Part shown: positions 28,360 to 37,620 of the stretch, piece by piece
How the letters are laid out: each line of letters opens with the position of its first letter
Numbering within the stretch: position 1 is the stretch's first letter
NCBI GenBank assembly: GCA_963814035.1
Contig: CAWFBH010000012.1
Coordinates: forward strand, 75,806 to 139,805
Reading direction: 5' to 3'
DNA: 64,000 nucleotides
Source of the DNA: an uncultured delta proteobacterium
Lineage (GTDB): Bacteria; Desulfobacterota; Binatia; Binatales; Binataceae
Program-made: the position numbers and the translations under genes
Notes under the pieces: generated by a model
What the model saw: the letters and a program-made list of their open reading frames with translations, nothing else
Database searches by the model: none
What the model was told of the DNA's origin: nothing

Positions 28360-30990
28360 GTGATGCGGCGTCGTAGTGCGGCTGGGGTCAACGCCCTTCT
28401 TTCAATTTGCTTCGTGTCAATTTGCTTTGCGCTGGTTTGCTCCCCAGTTGTGCTTCCGGCGTCGGCCGCCAATCGTTCGCCAGACACCGAAATTACGATG
28501 AACTTCCAGAACGTCGATATTCCCGTGCTGGCGAAGTTCATCAGCGAAATCACCGGCAAGAATTTCCTGGTTGACGAGAGCGTCCGCGGCAAGATCACCA
28601 TCATTTCGCCGTCGAAAGTAACTCCGGACCAGGCCTATCAGATTTTCCAATCGGTCCTGCAGCTGAAGGGGTTCACCACGGAGACTGCGGGCCAGATCAT
28701 CAAGATTATTCCCTCACGCAACGTCCGCCAGGCGGCGCCGGTGACGGAATCGCAGTCGCCCTTCGAGCAGCATGGCGATGAATACGTCACCCGGCTAGTG
28801 AAGCTGCGCAATGTCGATGTCACGTCGATGGTCAGCGTAATTCAGCCGATGATCTCGCACGACGGGCTGGTGGCCGCGTTTCCCGATGACAACACCCTCA
28901 TCATTACCGATGACGCCTACAACGTGCAGCGCCTGCTCAAGATCGTCGGCAGCCTGGATGTCGAGGGGAAGAATAAAAGTGTCGAGATATTTCCACTTCA
29001 ATATGCTTTCGCGGATGAAGTGGCGCCTCAGATCGACCAACTCCTGGGGGGCTCGAATAGCTCGGGCCGCCCGGGTGAGCCTCAGCGCGGGGTGGTAGCG
29101 CCCTCGGCGCAAGCTCCGTCGGGCCAATTCAAGGTGTTGGCAGACGAGCGCACCAATGCCATCGTCGCCGCGGCCGGGCCCCTGCAAATGAGAGACATTC
29201 GCGAATTGATCGCGAAACTCGATGTGCGTTCTCCTGACGCGATGAAGCGAATTCATGTCTATCGCCTCAAGAACGCCGCGGTCTCCGAGATGGTTGATGT
29301 TCTCGGCGGATTGATTGGTGGTGGCGGTGGAGTGGGCAGCCTTTCGCCTACGACTGGGCGAGGCTCGCTCGGGCGTAGCAGCGGAGGGGGCGCGATGAAT
29401 TCCGGCTTCGGCGGCGGATCCAGCGGCTTCGGTGGCGGCGGATACGGCGGCAGCAGTTTTGGAGGCGGTGGGTTTGGCGGAGGCGGGATTAGCGGAGGAT
29501 CCTTCAGCGGCGGAATCTCGGGCGGCGGCCTTATGGGTGGCAGCAGTGCTTATGGAGGATCAAGCGGCGGCGGATACGGCGGTCGAGGAGCGGGCGGTAT
29601 GAGCGGCGGAGCGGGTGGAGGCCCCGGCGGTGGAGGGATACGAACCTCGGACTTCACCAATCGAGTGACAATGACTGCCGATCCAGCAACCAATTCCCTC
29701 GTGATCAGTGCCGCGCCGCAGGATTGGGAAGTGTTACGCAACATCATCGCGGAACTGGACGTTCCGCGAATTCAAGTTTTCGTGCAGGCCATCATCGTTG
29801 AAGTGAGCGCGGAGCGACAGCGTGAGCTGGGGGTCGACTTGCAGTCCTCCACAGGCATATCGCATAGCGTGTTGGGGCTGGGCAGCGTCAACTTCGGGAA
29901 CATTCAAACCGCGCTGGGGAACCCGCTTGGGCTGACCGGATTGGGACTGGGGCTGGCATCGGGTAGCAGTTGCGTGATTCCCGTGGCGGCAGCGGCCGTG
30001 TCGGGCGTCACCACCGGGACTGCTACGACGATGTCGGTGCCATGCGACGTGGCGCTGCTGACGGCGCTGGAAGCGGATACCCATTCCAACGTATTGTCGG
30101 CGCCGACGCTGTTGACGGCCGACAATATGGAGGCGACTATCGTAGTCGGGCAGAATGTGCCGTTCGTAGGATCAGCGGCCTCGAACGCGGGGCTGCCAGG
30201 GCAGATTTTCAACAGCATCAACCGACAAAACGTCGGCATAACGCTGGATATCGTGCCCCAGGTGTCGGACGGCGACTATGTGCGGCTGGACCTCTATGAG
30301 GAAGTATCGAACGTTCTGGCGAGTACGGCGAATAATCCCAACGGACCAACAACCACAATCAGGTCTGCATCAACAACAGTATTAGTGCAGAATCATCGCA
30401 CCGCGGTCGTCGGCGGCTTGATGTCAAACAATGACAACCTCCAGCGGCAGGGTGTTCCGTGGATTTCCGACATTCCGGTGCTCGGCAACCTGTTCTCCAG
30501 CACCTCGTCGGATAAGCAAAAGGACAACTTGCTGGTGTTCCTGACGCCTCATGTGGTGCGCAACAAGACCGATCTGCGGTCCCTCGCACTCGACCAGCGC
30601 GCGCGATTCGCCAATACGCTTGGCTCACGCGAGATGCATGACATGCCGGAGAGCTCGATACGTTCCCTTTACGATCCGACCTTCTCGGTTTCGGTTCCGC
30701 CGGCAGCCGACCTGAACATGCTCAACAACAAGGGCCTCAGCGTACCGGCGCCGGAAGCTCCTCCTGAGGGCGACAAGCCCACCCCCTTCAATACCGAGGA
30801 GATTCCCGCACCAACCTCGTCATCCGGTTCACCCAATGTCACATCACCACGCGCCCCCGTCGCGAAAGCCGCCGCTCCGGCGGTTCCAACTACGTCGCCC
30901 TCGATATCAGCTGCTCCGGCGGTGGCGTCCGTTGATGCCGGCATAGGCTCCCCGAGCGCGGTGCCTGCGCCGCCTTCCGGATCGCCATAG
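28360..30990 (+). CDS. gspD: type II secretion system secretin GspD family protein
   Basis: Signal peptide and N0 domain (NFQNVDIPVLAKFISEITGKNFLVDESVRGKITI), followed by N1-N3 repeats. Secretin domain (VLSAPTLLTADNMEATIVVGQNVPF..VPWISDIPVLGNLFSSTSSDKQKDNLLVFLTPHVV). Pro/Ala-rich C-terminal tail. Confidence 0.85.
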   Translation: MMRRRSAAGVNALLSICFVSICFALVCSPVVLPASAANRSPDTEITMNFQNVDIPVLAKFISEITGKNFLVDESVRGKITIISPSKVTPDQAYQIFQSVLQLKGFTTETAGQIIKIIPSRNVRQAAPVTESQSPFEQHGDEYVTRLVKLRNVDVTSMVSVIQPMISHDGLVAAFPDDNTLIITDDAYNVQRLLKIVGSLDVEGKNKSVEIFPLQYAFADEVAPQIDQLLGGSNSSGRPGEPQRGVVAPSAQAPSGQFKVLADERTNAIVAAAGPLQMRDIRELIAKLDVRSPDAMKRIHVYRLKNAAVSEMVDVLGGLIGGGGGVGSLSPTTGRGSLGRSSGGGAMNSGFGGGSSGFGGGGYGGSSFGGGGFGGGGISGGSFSGGISGGGLMGGSSAYGGSSGGGYGGRGAGGMSGGAGGGPGGGGIRTSDFTNRVTMTADPATNSLVISAAPQDWEVLRNIIAELDVPRIQVFVQAIIVEVSAERQRELGVDLQSSTGISHSVLGLGSVNFGNIQTALGNPLGLTGLGLGLASGSSCVIPVAAAAVSGVTTGTATTMSVPCDVALLTALEADTHSNVLSAPTLLTADNMEATIVVGQNVPFVGSAASNAGLPGQIFNSINRQNVGITLDIVPQVSDGDYVRLDLYEEVSNVLASTANNPNGPTTTIRSASTTVLVQNHRTAVVGGLMSNNDNLQRQGVPWISDIPVLGNLFSSTSSDKQKDNLLVFLTPHVVRNKTDLRSLALDQRARFANTLGSREMHDMPESSIRSLYDPTFSVSVPPAADLNMLNNKGLSVPAPEAPPEGDKPTPFNTEEIPAPTSSSGSPNVTSPRAPVAKAAAPAVPTTSPSISAAPAVASVDAGIGSPSAVPAPPSGSP
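29305..29637 (+). other. Gly/Ser/Phe/Tyr-rich low-complexity insert inside the secretin (approx. residues 316-426)
   Basis: GGLIGGGGGVGS...SGFGGGSSGFGGGGYGGSSFGGGGFGGGGISGGSFSGGISGGGLMGGSSAYGGSSGGGYGGRGAGGMSGGAGGGPGGGG, lying between the last N-domain and the secretin core. Confidence 0.8.
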
Positions 30991-31049
30991 ATGACATTTC
31001 TCGCGCACGCGCGCGGTCTAAAAAGGAAGTTGCATGACGGGGTTTTGCG

Positions 31050-31970
31050 ATGCCCCGTCAGATAGGCGGATTTCGCGCCAGCCTCGAATTCCTTCCCGTC
31101 GGCGCTCTGGTGCGGATGTTTGCGGCGATGCCGCTGGAGCGCGCCGTCAAAGTTGGCGCTTCGCTCGGCTCGATCATCATGCGCCTCGATCTCGGCAACC
31201 GGCCGATCGCGGTCAAGAACCTGGAAATTGCTTTTCCCGAACTCGACAGAGCGGCGCGCATCGAAATCCTCGACGCGATGTATCGCAATTGGGGACGCGT
31301 GATCGCGGAATGGCCCCACGCCGGGAAACTGAATCGTGCGAATGTTGAGAACTTTGTCACCTACGATGGAATCGAGAATCTCAATCAGGCCCTGCTGCTG
31401 GCGGAGAAGCGCGGCGCGATCATCCTGACCGCGCACTACGGCAATTTCGAGTTGCTGCCGCTGGCGCATTCGATGTATGGGCATCGGCTGGCGATGATTC
31501 ATCGTCCGTTGCGCAATCCTTCGATCGATCGCGAAATCCGCCGCGTGCGGACCAGCTTCGGCGCGGAGATTATCGAGCGCAAGCAGGCGGGCCTCGCACT
31601 GGTGAAATATCTGCGCCGGAAATGGCAGGTCGCAGTCGCGCTCGATCTCGATGTGCGTGATGGGGTCTTCGTGGATTTCTTCGAGATGAAGGCGTGTACC
31701 AGCGACGGGGTGGCGCGAATCGCGATGGCGACGCGCGCACCGGTCGTGCCTGCTTTCATGGTTCGCGACGGCGATTCCCCGCGTCATCGCATCACCGTGC
31801 TGCCTGCGATGGAGATGGTGTCAGGCCGCGATCGCGAGGAGTGTGTGCTCGAAAATACTCAGCGCATGACTACCGCGATTGAGATGATGATCCGGCGTCA
31901 TCCTGATCATTGGAACTGGATTCATCGACGCTGGAAGACTCGGCCCGACGGAGAAAAACGCTTCTACTGA
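31050..31970 (+). CDS. lipid A biosynthesis lauroyl/myristoyl acyltransferase family (LpxL/HtrB-like)
   Basis: GAIILTAHYGNFELL catalytic-His motif and TSDGVARIAMATRAPVVPAF. Size is about 300 aa. Confidence 0.8.
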   Translation: MPRQIGGFRASLEFLPVGALVRMFAAMPLERAVKVGASLGSIIMRLDLGNRPIAVKNLEIAFPELDRAARIEILDAMYRNWGRVIAEWPHAGKLNRANVENFVTYDGIENLNQALLLAEKRGAIILTAHYGNFELLPLAHSMYGHRLAMIHRPLRNPSIDREIRRVRTSFGAEIIERKQAGLALVKYLRRKWQVAVALDLDVRDGVFVDFFEMKACTSDGVARIAMATRAPVVPAFMVRDGDSPRHRITVLPAMEMVSGRDREECVLENTQRMTTAIEMMIRRHPDHWNWIHRRWKTRPDGEKRFY

Positions 31971-32170
31971 GTGGTGACCACGCCGTGCTTCATCTATGAT
32001 CGAAAGGTGGATCGGCGCGAACAAGCACCAGCGGAAGAGGTTGTCTCGAAACTGCAGCTCGAAGCTAAGCCTTCAATCGATCCGCCGAGAGTTTATATTC
32101 CCGCGTGCGGAACTCTATGCGATGCGTTTTGGTGGGCGCGCCGCACTCCCGCAAAGCCTTCCGAATAATC

Positions 32171-33226
32171 CTACAAATTGGCGATGACGGCGCGCGCGAA
32201 CTCGTCAGTCTTTGCGGTGCCGCCCTGATCCGGCGTCAGCACGCGACCTTCCGCGTAGACCTTGCGCACCGCATCGTCGAAGCGCTTCGAGGCGTCGCCG
32301 AATCCGAGGTAATCCAACATCAGCACGGCAGAGAGCATCGTCGCGGTAGGATTGATGATGTGCTGGCCCATAATGTCAGGTGCGGTTCCGTGAACGGATT
32401 CGAAGTAGGCATAATTGTCGCCGTAACAACCGCTTGGCGCGACTCCGAGCCCCCCGATGGTGCCTGCGGCGGCATCGGAAAGGATGTCGCCGTATAGATT
32501 CGGCATCACCACCACATCGAGTTCGTGCGGCGACTGCACGATGCGCCGCGCAAAATCATCGACGATGAAATTTTCGTATTTGAGTTCCGGATAGCCTTTC
32601 GCCGTCTCCTCGCAGATGGCGCGGAAGAATTCGTCGGCCTCGCGCAGCATGTTGTACTTCGAAGTGCAGGTAATCTTGCCCTTGCCGCCCGCGCGCTTGC
32701 GCTTCATCGCCAATTCACAAGCAAAGCGCGCGACTTGGCGCGTGTTCTTTTCCGTGATCACTTTGATCGAGTAGCGGCCGTTCACCGTCGTATCGAGCGG
32801 CGCGCGCAGGATTCTGCTGTACGGCTTCGCCGGCGCGAGCTGCTCCAGCGGACCCTCCATCCCAAGATACGCGTCCTCGAGGTTCTCGCGCACGATGATG
32901 TAGTCAATGTTGTCGGGATTCTTCAGCGGGCTGCGGAAACCCTTGAGGTAGCGACAGGGACGAACGTTCGCATAGGTCTGCTTGCCCCAGCGCAGATATG
33001 TGATGGCGGTGGTTTTGCCGGAGGTCGAGCCAAACAGCGTCGAGTCCGAATGATCGATGGCCTCGCGCGCCTTGGCCTCGGTCTCCTTGCGGACCCAATG
33101 CTCGCCGGTGGGAAACTCGATGTAGTCGATGTCGAGTTTCAGCGCACGCAGTACATCCATCGTCGCGCCGACCGCTTCTGGCGCCGCATCGTCACCTGGG
33201 AGAACTACAACTTTTTTCGTCGCCAC
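32171..33226 (-). CDS. isocitrate/isopropylmalate dehydrogenase family protein
   Basis: NLYGDILSDAAAGTIGGLGVAPSG motif. Trimmed to GTG 33226 (VATKKVVVLPGDD) with SD GGAG 8 nt upstream. Confidence 0.85.
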   Translation of the reverse strand: MATKKVVVLPGDDAAPEAVGATMDVLRALKLDIDYIEFPTGEHWVRKETEAKAREAIDHSDSTLFGSTSGKTTAITYLRWGKQTYANVRPCRYLKGFRSPLKNPDNIDYIIVRENLEDAYLGMEGPLEQLAPAKPYSRILRAPLDTTVNGRYSIKVITEKNTRQVARFACELAMKRKRAGGKGKITCTSKYNMLREADEFFRAICEETAKGYPELKYENFIVDDFARRIVQSPHELDVVVMPNLYGDILSDAAAGTIGGLGVAPSGCYGDNYAYFESVHGTAPDIMGQHIINPTATMLSAVLMLDYLGFGDASKRFDDAVRKVYAEGRVLTPDQGGTAKTDEFARAVIANL

Positions 33227-33306
33227 TTCTGTCTCCGTATCGTTTTCAAGAACGCCATCATGCAGACCTCGATGGCGAAGTGTTATACTTTTTCGAGACT
33301 GCACCC

Positions 33307-33642
33307 ATGGCACTTACGAAGTCAAAGCGACCGGTCATCAAAACGCTCCAGGAAGTCGGGCGCTATGCGATCGGAATCGTCTGGAACGACGGACACGACA
33401 GCATCTTCCCGCTCGAGACGCTTCGGCGCGCCTGCGCATGCGATGTGTGCAAGGGCCTCGTCAGCGGGACTATTCCCGAAGCGAGCCAGCGCCTGCGCCA
33501 GTTCTCGCGCTTGGGCGAGAGTGGCGTGTTCATCGCCTGGGCCGATGGCCATGAGACGCTCTACACGACCGACGATCTTCGCTCGCTCTGCCGCTGTGCC
33601 TACTGTGTTGCGGAACCGGAGAAGCCGATCACGGGCGCCTGA
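33307..33642 (+). CDS. DUF971 (gamma-butyrobetaine hydroxylase-like N-terminal domain) protein
   Basis: Two repeats of the W.DGH......LR..C.C..C pattern (IVWNDGHDSIFPLETLRRACACDVC; IAWADGHETLYTTDDLRSLCRCAYC). ATG at 33307. Confidence 0.75.
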   Translation: MALTKSKRPVIKTLQEVGRYAIGIVWNDGHDSIFPLETLRRACACDVCKGLVSGTIPEASQRLRQFSRLGESGVFIAWADGHETLYTTDDLRSLCRCAYCVAEPEKPITGA

Positions 33643-33723
33643 GACCGCAGGCCCAGAGCGGGACTTGCGCAAGTAGCTTGTCTCAAATAGTTCAATGAAG
33701 GCCGCATCTGATGCGGCGTAACT

Positions 33724-34287
33724 ATGCATAGAAAAGCACCGTCACTATGTCTCGTCCTCGCTGTCGCGCTCCTGGTTGCGACCGCTTCCGCATGTCAAGC
33801 CAAACTGGATGGAGTACCCGTGCGCAACACCGGCCATTACGCGATTATTGATACCGACCGCGGCACTGTGGTGATCGAGCTTTATCCCAAGGTCGCTCCC
33901 AAGACCGTGGAGAATTTCGAAACCCTGGTGAAAAAGGGCTTCTACAACGGACTGACCTTTCATCGCGTGGTTCCTGACTTCGTAGTGCAGGGCGGCGATC
34001 CCGACGGCACCGGAACCGGCGGCCCTGGCTATACGGTCCCGGCCGAAATCGACAAAAACGAGCATCATCTGCGTGGCAGCGTCGCCACCGCGCGCACCGG
34101 CGATAACGTGAATCCCCAGCGCGCCTCGAGCGGCAGCCAGTTCTACATCTGCCTCGAACCGCAGCCCGGCTTGGATGGCGACTACACCATTTTCGGTGGG
34201 GTCGTCTCCGGCATGGATGTGGTCGACCAGATCCAGAAAGGCGACAAAATGAAGACCATCACGCTGTCGAGCACACCGCCGAAGTAG
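33724..34287 (+). CDS. cyclophilin-type peptidyl-prolyl cis-trans isomerase, exported/lipoprotein
   Basis: FHRVVPDFVVQGGDP and GSQFYI motifs. N-terminal signal ending ..ATASAC. Confidence 0.9.
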   Translation: MHRKAPSLCLVLAVALLVATASACQAKLDGVPVRNTGHYAIIDTDRGTVVIELYPKVAPKTVENFETLVKKGFYNGLTFHRVVPDFVVQGGDPDGTGTGGPGYTVPAEIDKNEHHLRGSVATARTGDNVNPQRASSGSQFYICLEPQPGLDGDYTIFGGVVSGMDVVDQIQKGDKMKTITLSSTPPK

Positions 34288-34296
34288 GGCGCTTAC

Positions 34297-35025
34297 ATGA
34301 CTGACTCCGGAAGCGGGCACCGCGTCAGCGGGCCCTACTTCACCGTCGATGTTCATCTCCACACGAATCGGGGCAGTTCCGATTCAAACCTCGCGCCCAA
34401 GGATCTGATCGCGCGTTCCAAGGTCCTCGGCATCGGCGCGGTTTGTATCACCGAACACGACACGATGTGGGAGTTTCGTGAGATGCCGGAGCTGCTCGAT
34501 GACCACGGCCCCAAGTTTCTGCGCGGAATGGAAGTGACCACCGACATGGGACACATCGGCGTGTTCGGGCTCTCGCGTTACGTCGGCGGCATCTACAAGC
34601 TGGCCGAGTTGCGCAAAGTGGTCGATGCCGAGGGAGGCATCCTCATCGCGAATCATCCATTTCGCTACAAGCTCGACCCGCGTTTTTCGTTCATCAATCC
34701 CGATCACGAACCGATTGATGAGAATTTCCCCGAGCGCGCAGCCAAGCTGCCGATCTTCAACCTGGTCGATGCAATCGAGGTCCTCAACGGCGCCTGCTCG
34801 GAAGATGAAAATGTTTTCGCGTTAAAGGTTGCTCGCGTCCTGGGCAAGGCCGAAGTTGCCGGATCGGATTCGCATTCGGCAGGTTCGGTCGGATGCGTCA
34901 CGACGCTGTTCGAAGACGCCGTTATCGACGAGCGCGCTCTCATCGAGCAGATCAAAGCGCGCCGCACGCGCGCTGGGCGCGGCCTGATGAAGGGCAACGT
35001 CGTGCCGTTCGAACTTACCTACTAA
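34297..35025 (+). CDS. PHP (polymerase/histidinol phosphatase) domain metallophosphoesterase
   Basis: VDVHLHTNRGSSDS..ITEHD..., later GSDSHS. Confidence 0.8.
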   Translation: MTDSGSGHRVSGPYFTVDVHLHTNRGSSDSNLAPKDLIARSKVLGIGAVCITEHDTMWEFREMPELLDDHGPKFLRGMEVTTDMGHIGVFGLSRYVGGIYKLAELRKVVDAEGGILIANHPFRYKLDPRFSFINPDHEPIDENFPERAAKLPIFNLVDAIEVLNGACSEDENVFALKVARVLGKAEVAGSDSHSAGSVGCVTTLFEDAVIDERALIEQIKARRTRAGRGLMKGNVVPFELTY

Positions 35026-35576
35026 AGCAGGGCGCCGCGGAAGGGCTCGTCGCGCGTAGGCGGATACTGGAGCAGATTGATAGCCCACCTGCGTGCCTGG
35101 CGGAACGCTTCCTCGGCTCGGCGAAACAACCGCTCGCGATACATCGTCCCCCAGACATAGACATCGACCGAGGGCTCATCGCTGAGCGTGATGTCGAGCA
35201 TCCAGTCCTCGAGTTCCGGTCCGCAAATCAGCAATCGCACCAGCCGGCCGTGATCGATGACGATACCTCGCGCCTCGCGCGGCAAGCGGAATTCGTCCTT
35301 CACGCGTTTGATGCTGTTAGGCGGAAAGTGCTCCTCGGTGAAAGGCACGTAGACCCAGTCGCCCTGTGGAGGATTGGCGGCACGGGCGATGCGCAAGTTG
35401 TTGTCGGTCAGGTCTTCCTTGGCGCGATCCTGATCGTAGTCGCGGGCGACGGTGTAAAAGGTCATCGCGATCGGAAGCTCCGGCATCTCCTGCTCGGATT
35501 TCTGCTGCTCCCGGCGCGGCTTCTTGTGAGAAGTCTCGACCCACCACCGATTTTCTACGTTAGGCTTGTTGGCCAT
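35022..35576 (-). CDS. hypothetical protein (184 aa)
   Basis: Long ORF with ordinary amino-acid composition, lying downstream of and co-oriented with the HExxH gene. I recognise no family. Confidence 0.5.
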   Translation of the reverse strand: MANKPNVENRWWVETSHKKPRREQQKSEQEMPELPIAMTFYTVARDYDQDRAKEDLTDNNLRIARAANPPQGDWVYVPFTEEHFPPNSIKRVKDEFRLPREARGIVIDHGRLVRLLICGPELEDWMLDITLSDEPSVDVYVWGTMYRERLFRRAEEAFRQARRWAINLLQYPPTRDEPFRGALL

Positions 35577-35604
35577 CGCGGCTAGGCTACCACACTAATT
35601 CGCA

Positions 35605-36126
35605 TCACGCGCGCCGTGCTCGCGAGGTTTGCCGTCGTCGTCTCAGCCGCGTCGTTTTACTGCGGATACGCGGACTGCGTCCTCGCACGGCCGACTTGCG
35701 CCGGGTCGGGAGCCCGCGCTTCGATCCTCGCGATGCTTTGGTTGCTCGGCGCGCCTGCGCGCGTAGCCCAAGTACCATTCGGCGCTGGAAGGCATCAGCC
35801 TTGGCCTCCGCGTCGGTCCAGAACAGGAAGTGCCCCATCTCATGATAGAGGGTCTGAATCCACATCCGCTCGCTCTTGTGGATGCGGCATCGCTTCCAAT
35901 TCTCGGGGTGGATGAGGTGGATGCGGCCGTCTTCGTAGGTCTTGCCGGCGGTCTTGCCCCAATCGATGTACTCGAACCATTCAATCCGCGGCAGCTTGAT
36001 GTGGTAGTAACGGCAAAATGCCGAGACGGCACGCCGGAATGACAACTGACGATGGTTGCGGAAAAAGTCTGAAAGGTTCCTGTCAATCTCTCTGCGAAAA
36101 GCGACGGGCGGAACTACCATTCGCAC
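35605..36126 (-). CDS. putative zinc metallopeptidase (YgjP/DUF45- or SprT-like HExxH core) with poly-basic C-terminal tail
   Basis: IDWGKTAGKTYEDGRIHLIHP...WIQTLYHEMGHFLFW (W-G-x-x ... HExxH layout), followed by a ~55-aa Arg/Lys/Ser-rich tail (..RRKSAVRGRSPRIRSKTTRLRRRRQTSRARRA). Confidence 0.5.
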   Translation of the reverse strand: MRMVVPPVAFRREIDRNLSDFFRNHRQLSFRRAVSAFCRYYHIKLPRIEWFEYIDWGKTAGKTYEDGRIHLIHPENWKRCRIHKSERMWIQTLYHEMGHFLFWTDAEAKADAFQRRMVLGLRAQARRATKASRGSKRGLPTRRKSAVRGRSPRIRSKTTRLRRRRQTSRARRA

Positions 36127-36284
36127 TGGCTCAAGTGACCTCCGGTCGAGATACGATGATTCTATTGGCCCCCATCCCGCTAGGTCAATTTGGCCTCGAT
36201 GCGACAGGAAAATCCCGCCAGAATGCTAATGTTTTCACAGAGTTAGCGTGCCGCCCTTTGTTCGCCGGGCTTTTTCCCGGGGGG

Positions 36285-37505
36285 TTAGCCGATGATTTCA
36301 GCATCCTTTAGCTGGGCGATCTCCTCCCAGCTGAGGCCGGCTTCGAGCGCGACCTCCTCGGTGTGCGCCCCCAGTTCCGGCGCATGCCGATAGGGCGGAT
36401 GGGGATCGCTGCCGAAATCGACCGGGCTATTGATGACGCGGCATCCGGGGATATTGGGGTGCTCGATCTCAGCGAATGCGCCGACCGCTTTGGCTTGACG
36501 ATCGTTCATCACTTCTGCCTCAGTTTGCACCGGCGCCCAAATCAGTTGATGGCGATCGAAGATGGGCGCCCATTCGGCTCGGGTGCGCGACGCGGCGGCT
36601 TCGTTGATGAGGTGCGTCAGGGCGCGGCTATTTTTGCGACGTCCGCCGAAATCCTTGAAGCGTTCGTCGTCCTTCCATTCCGGATGAGTGAGGGCCGCGC
36701 AGAAATCCGCCCAATGCTTATCGCTCTGGATCATCACGAAGTAGACCCATCCGCCATCTTTGCATTGATATGAGTTCCACAGCGGATTGGCACGCTCGTG
36801 GCGGCTCTCCTGCTCGGGCGGCTTACCGCTGATGAGTCCGATGGTCAGGTCGGTCGCGTTCATCCAGAGGCCCATCTGGAACAGCGAAATGTTCACCTCG
36901 CATCCGTGGCCGGTACGCATCCGCTGAAGCAGCGCGGCAGATATCGCACCCGCGAGGCCCAGGCCTGCGGCATGATCGATCATCCCGGGCCTTTGCGCGG
37001 GCGGAGCCTGTCCGGGCTCCGCGACGGTGTGCATGATGCCGGAGCGCGCCCATGCCGCCGCATAGTCAAACGCGGGACGATTCTTGTCGGGCCCGGTATG
37101 TCCGTAACCATTCAACGACGCATACACCAGGCGCGGATTGACGTCCTTCATCGCGGTGTAGTCGAGTTTCATCCGCGCCAGCGTTTCGACGCGCAGACTG
37201 GTGATGAACACGTCGGCGTGCGCGACGATCTTCTTCGCGAAATCGACCCCCTCAGTGCGACGGAGATCAACGGCGACCGAGCGCTTGTTGCGATTGTCGA
37301 GTTCGTAGGGCGGTACGGCTCGCGCATCAGTCATTGCGCGCGTGGTGACTGCACCACGAATCGGATCGCCTCCGTTGGGATCCTCGAGCTTGATGACGTC
37401 GGCGCCCCAATCGCCCAACACCGCGCTGCATGACGGCCCTGCCACCCACATCGCGAGTTCGACGACTCGGATTCCGCTAAGCGGTCGATCGATGGTTTCA
37501 GACAT
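36285..37505 (-). CDS. CoA-transferase family III (CaiB/BaiF) protein
   Basis: LSGIRVVELAMWVAGPSCSAVLGDWGADVIKLEDP N-terminal signature. Confidence 0.9.
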   Translation of the reverse strand: MSETIDRPLSGIRVVELAMWVAGPSCSAVLGDWGADVIKLEDPNGGDPIRGAVTTRAMTDARAVPPYELDNRNKRSVAVDLRRTEGVDFAKKIVAHADVFITSLRVETLARMKLDYTAMKDVNPRLVYASLNGYGHTGPDKNRPAFDYAAAWARSGIMHTVAEPGQAPPAQRPGMIDHAAGLGLAGAISAALLQRMRTGHGCEVNISLFQMGLWMNATDLTIGLISGKPPEQESRHERANPLWNSYQCKDGGWVYFVMIQSDKHWADFCAALTHPEWKDDERFKDFGGRRKNSRALTHLINEAAASRTRAEWAPIFDRHQLIWAPVQTEAEVMNDRQAKAVGAFAEIEHPNIPGCRVINSPVDFGSDPHPPYRHAPELGAHTEEVALEAGLSWEEIAQLKDAEIIG

Positions 37506-37560
37506 AGAAAGATTTGGTAGCAGGGTTCAAAAATAAAGAGAACCTCCGTGACCGTCGGGG

Positions 37561-37588
37561 AAAAACCTAACGGTTCCAACCAGTTAGG
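37561..37588 (-). terminator. rho-independent terminator after ispG
   Basis: On the minus strand: CCTAACTGGTTGGAACCGTTAGG hairpin (9 bp with one bulge) followed by TTTTT. Confidence 0.55.
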
Positions 37589-37620
37589 CGGTCTTGGGGT
37601 TTCTCTGGGCGCGCGACTCT

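Noticed and set aside
33698-33714. GCCGCAT-CTG-ATGCGGC hairpin just upstream of the cyclophilin gene.
   Set aside because: It is a perfect 7-bp stem, but there is no T-tract and no further context. It could be a weak terminator for the DUF971 gene or just chance, so it is not called.
36240-36284. Short CCGGG/CCCGG hairpin after the CoA-transferase gene as a terminator.
   Set aside because: The stem is only 5-6 bp and no U-tract follows on the minus strand.
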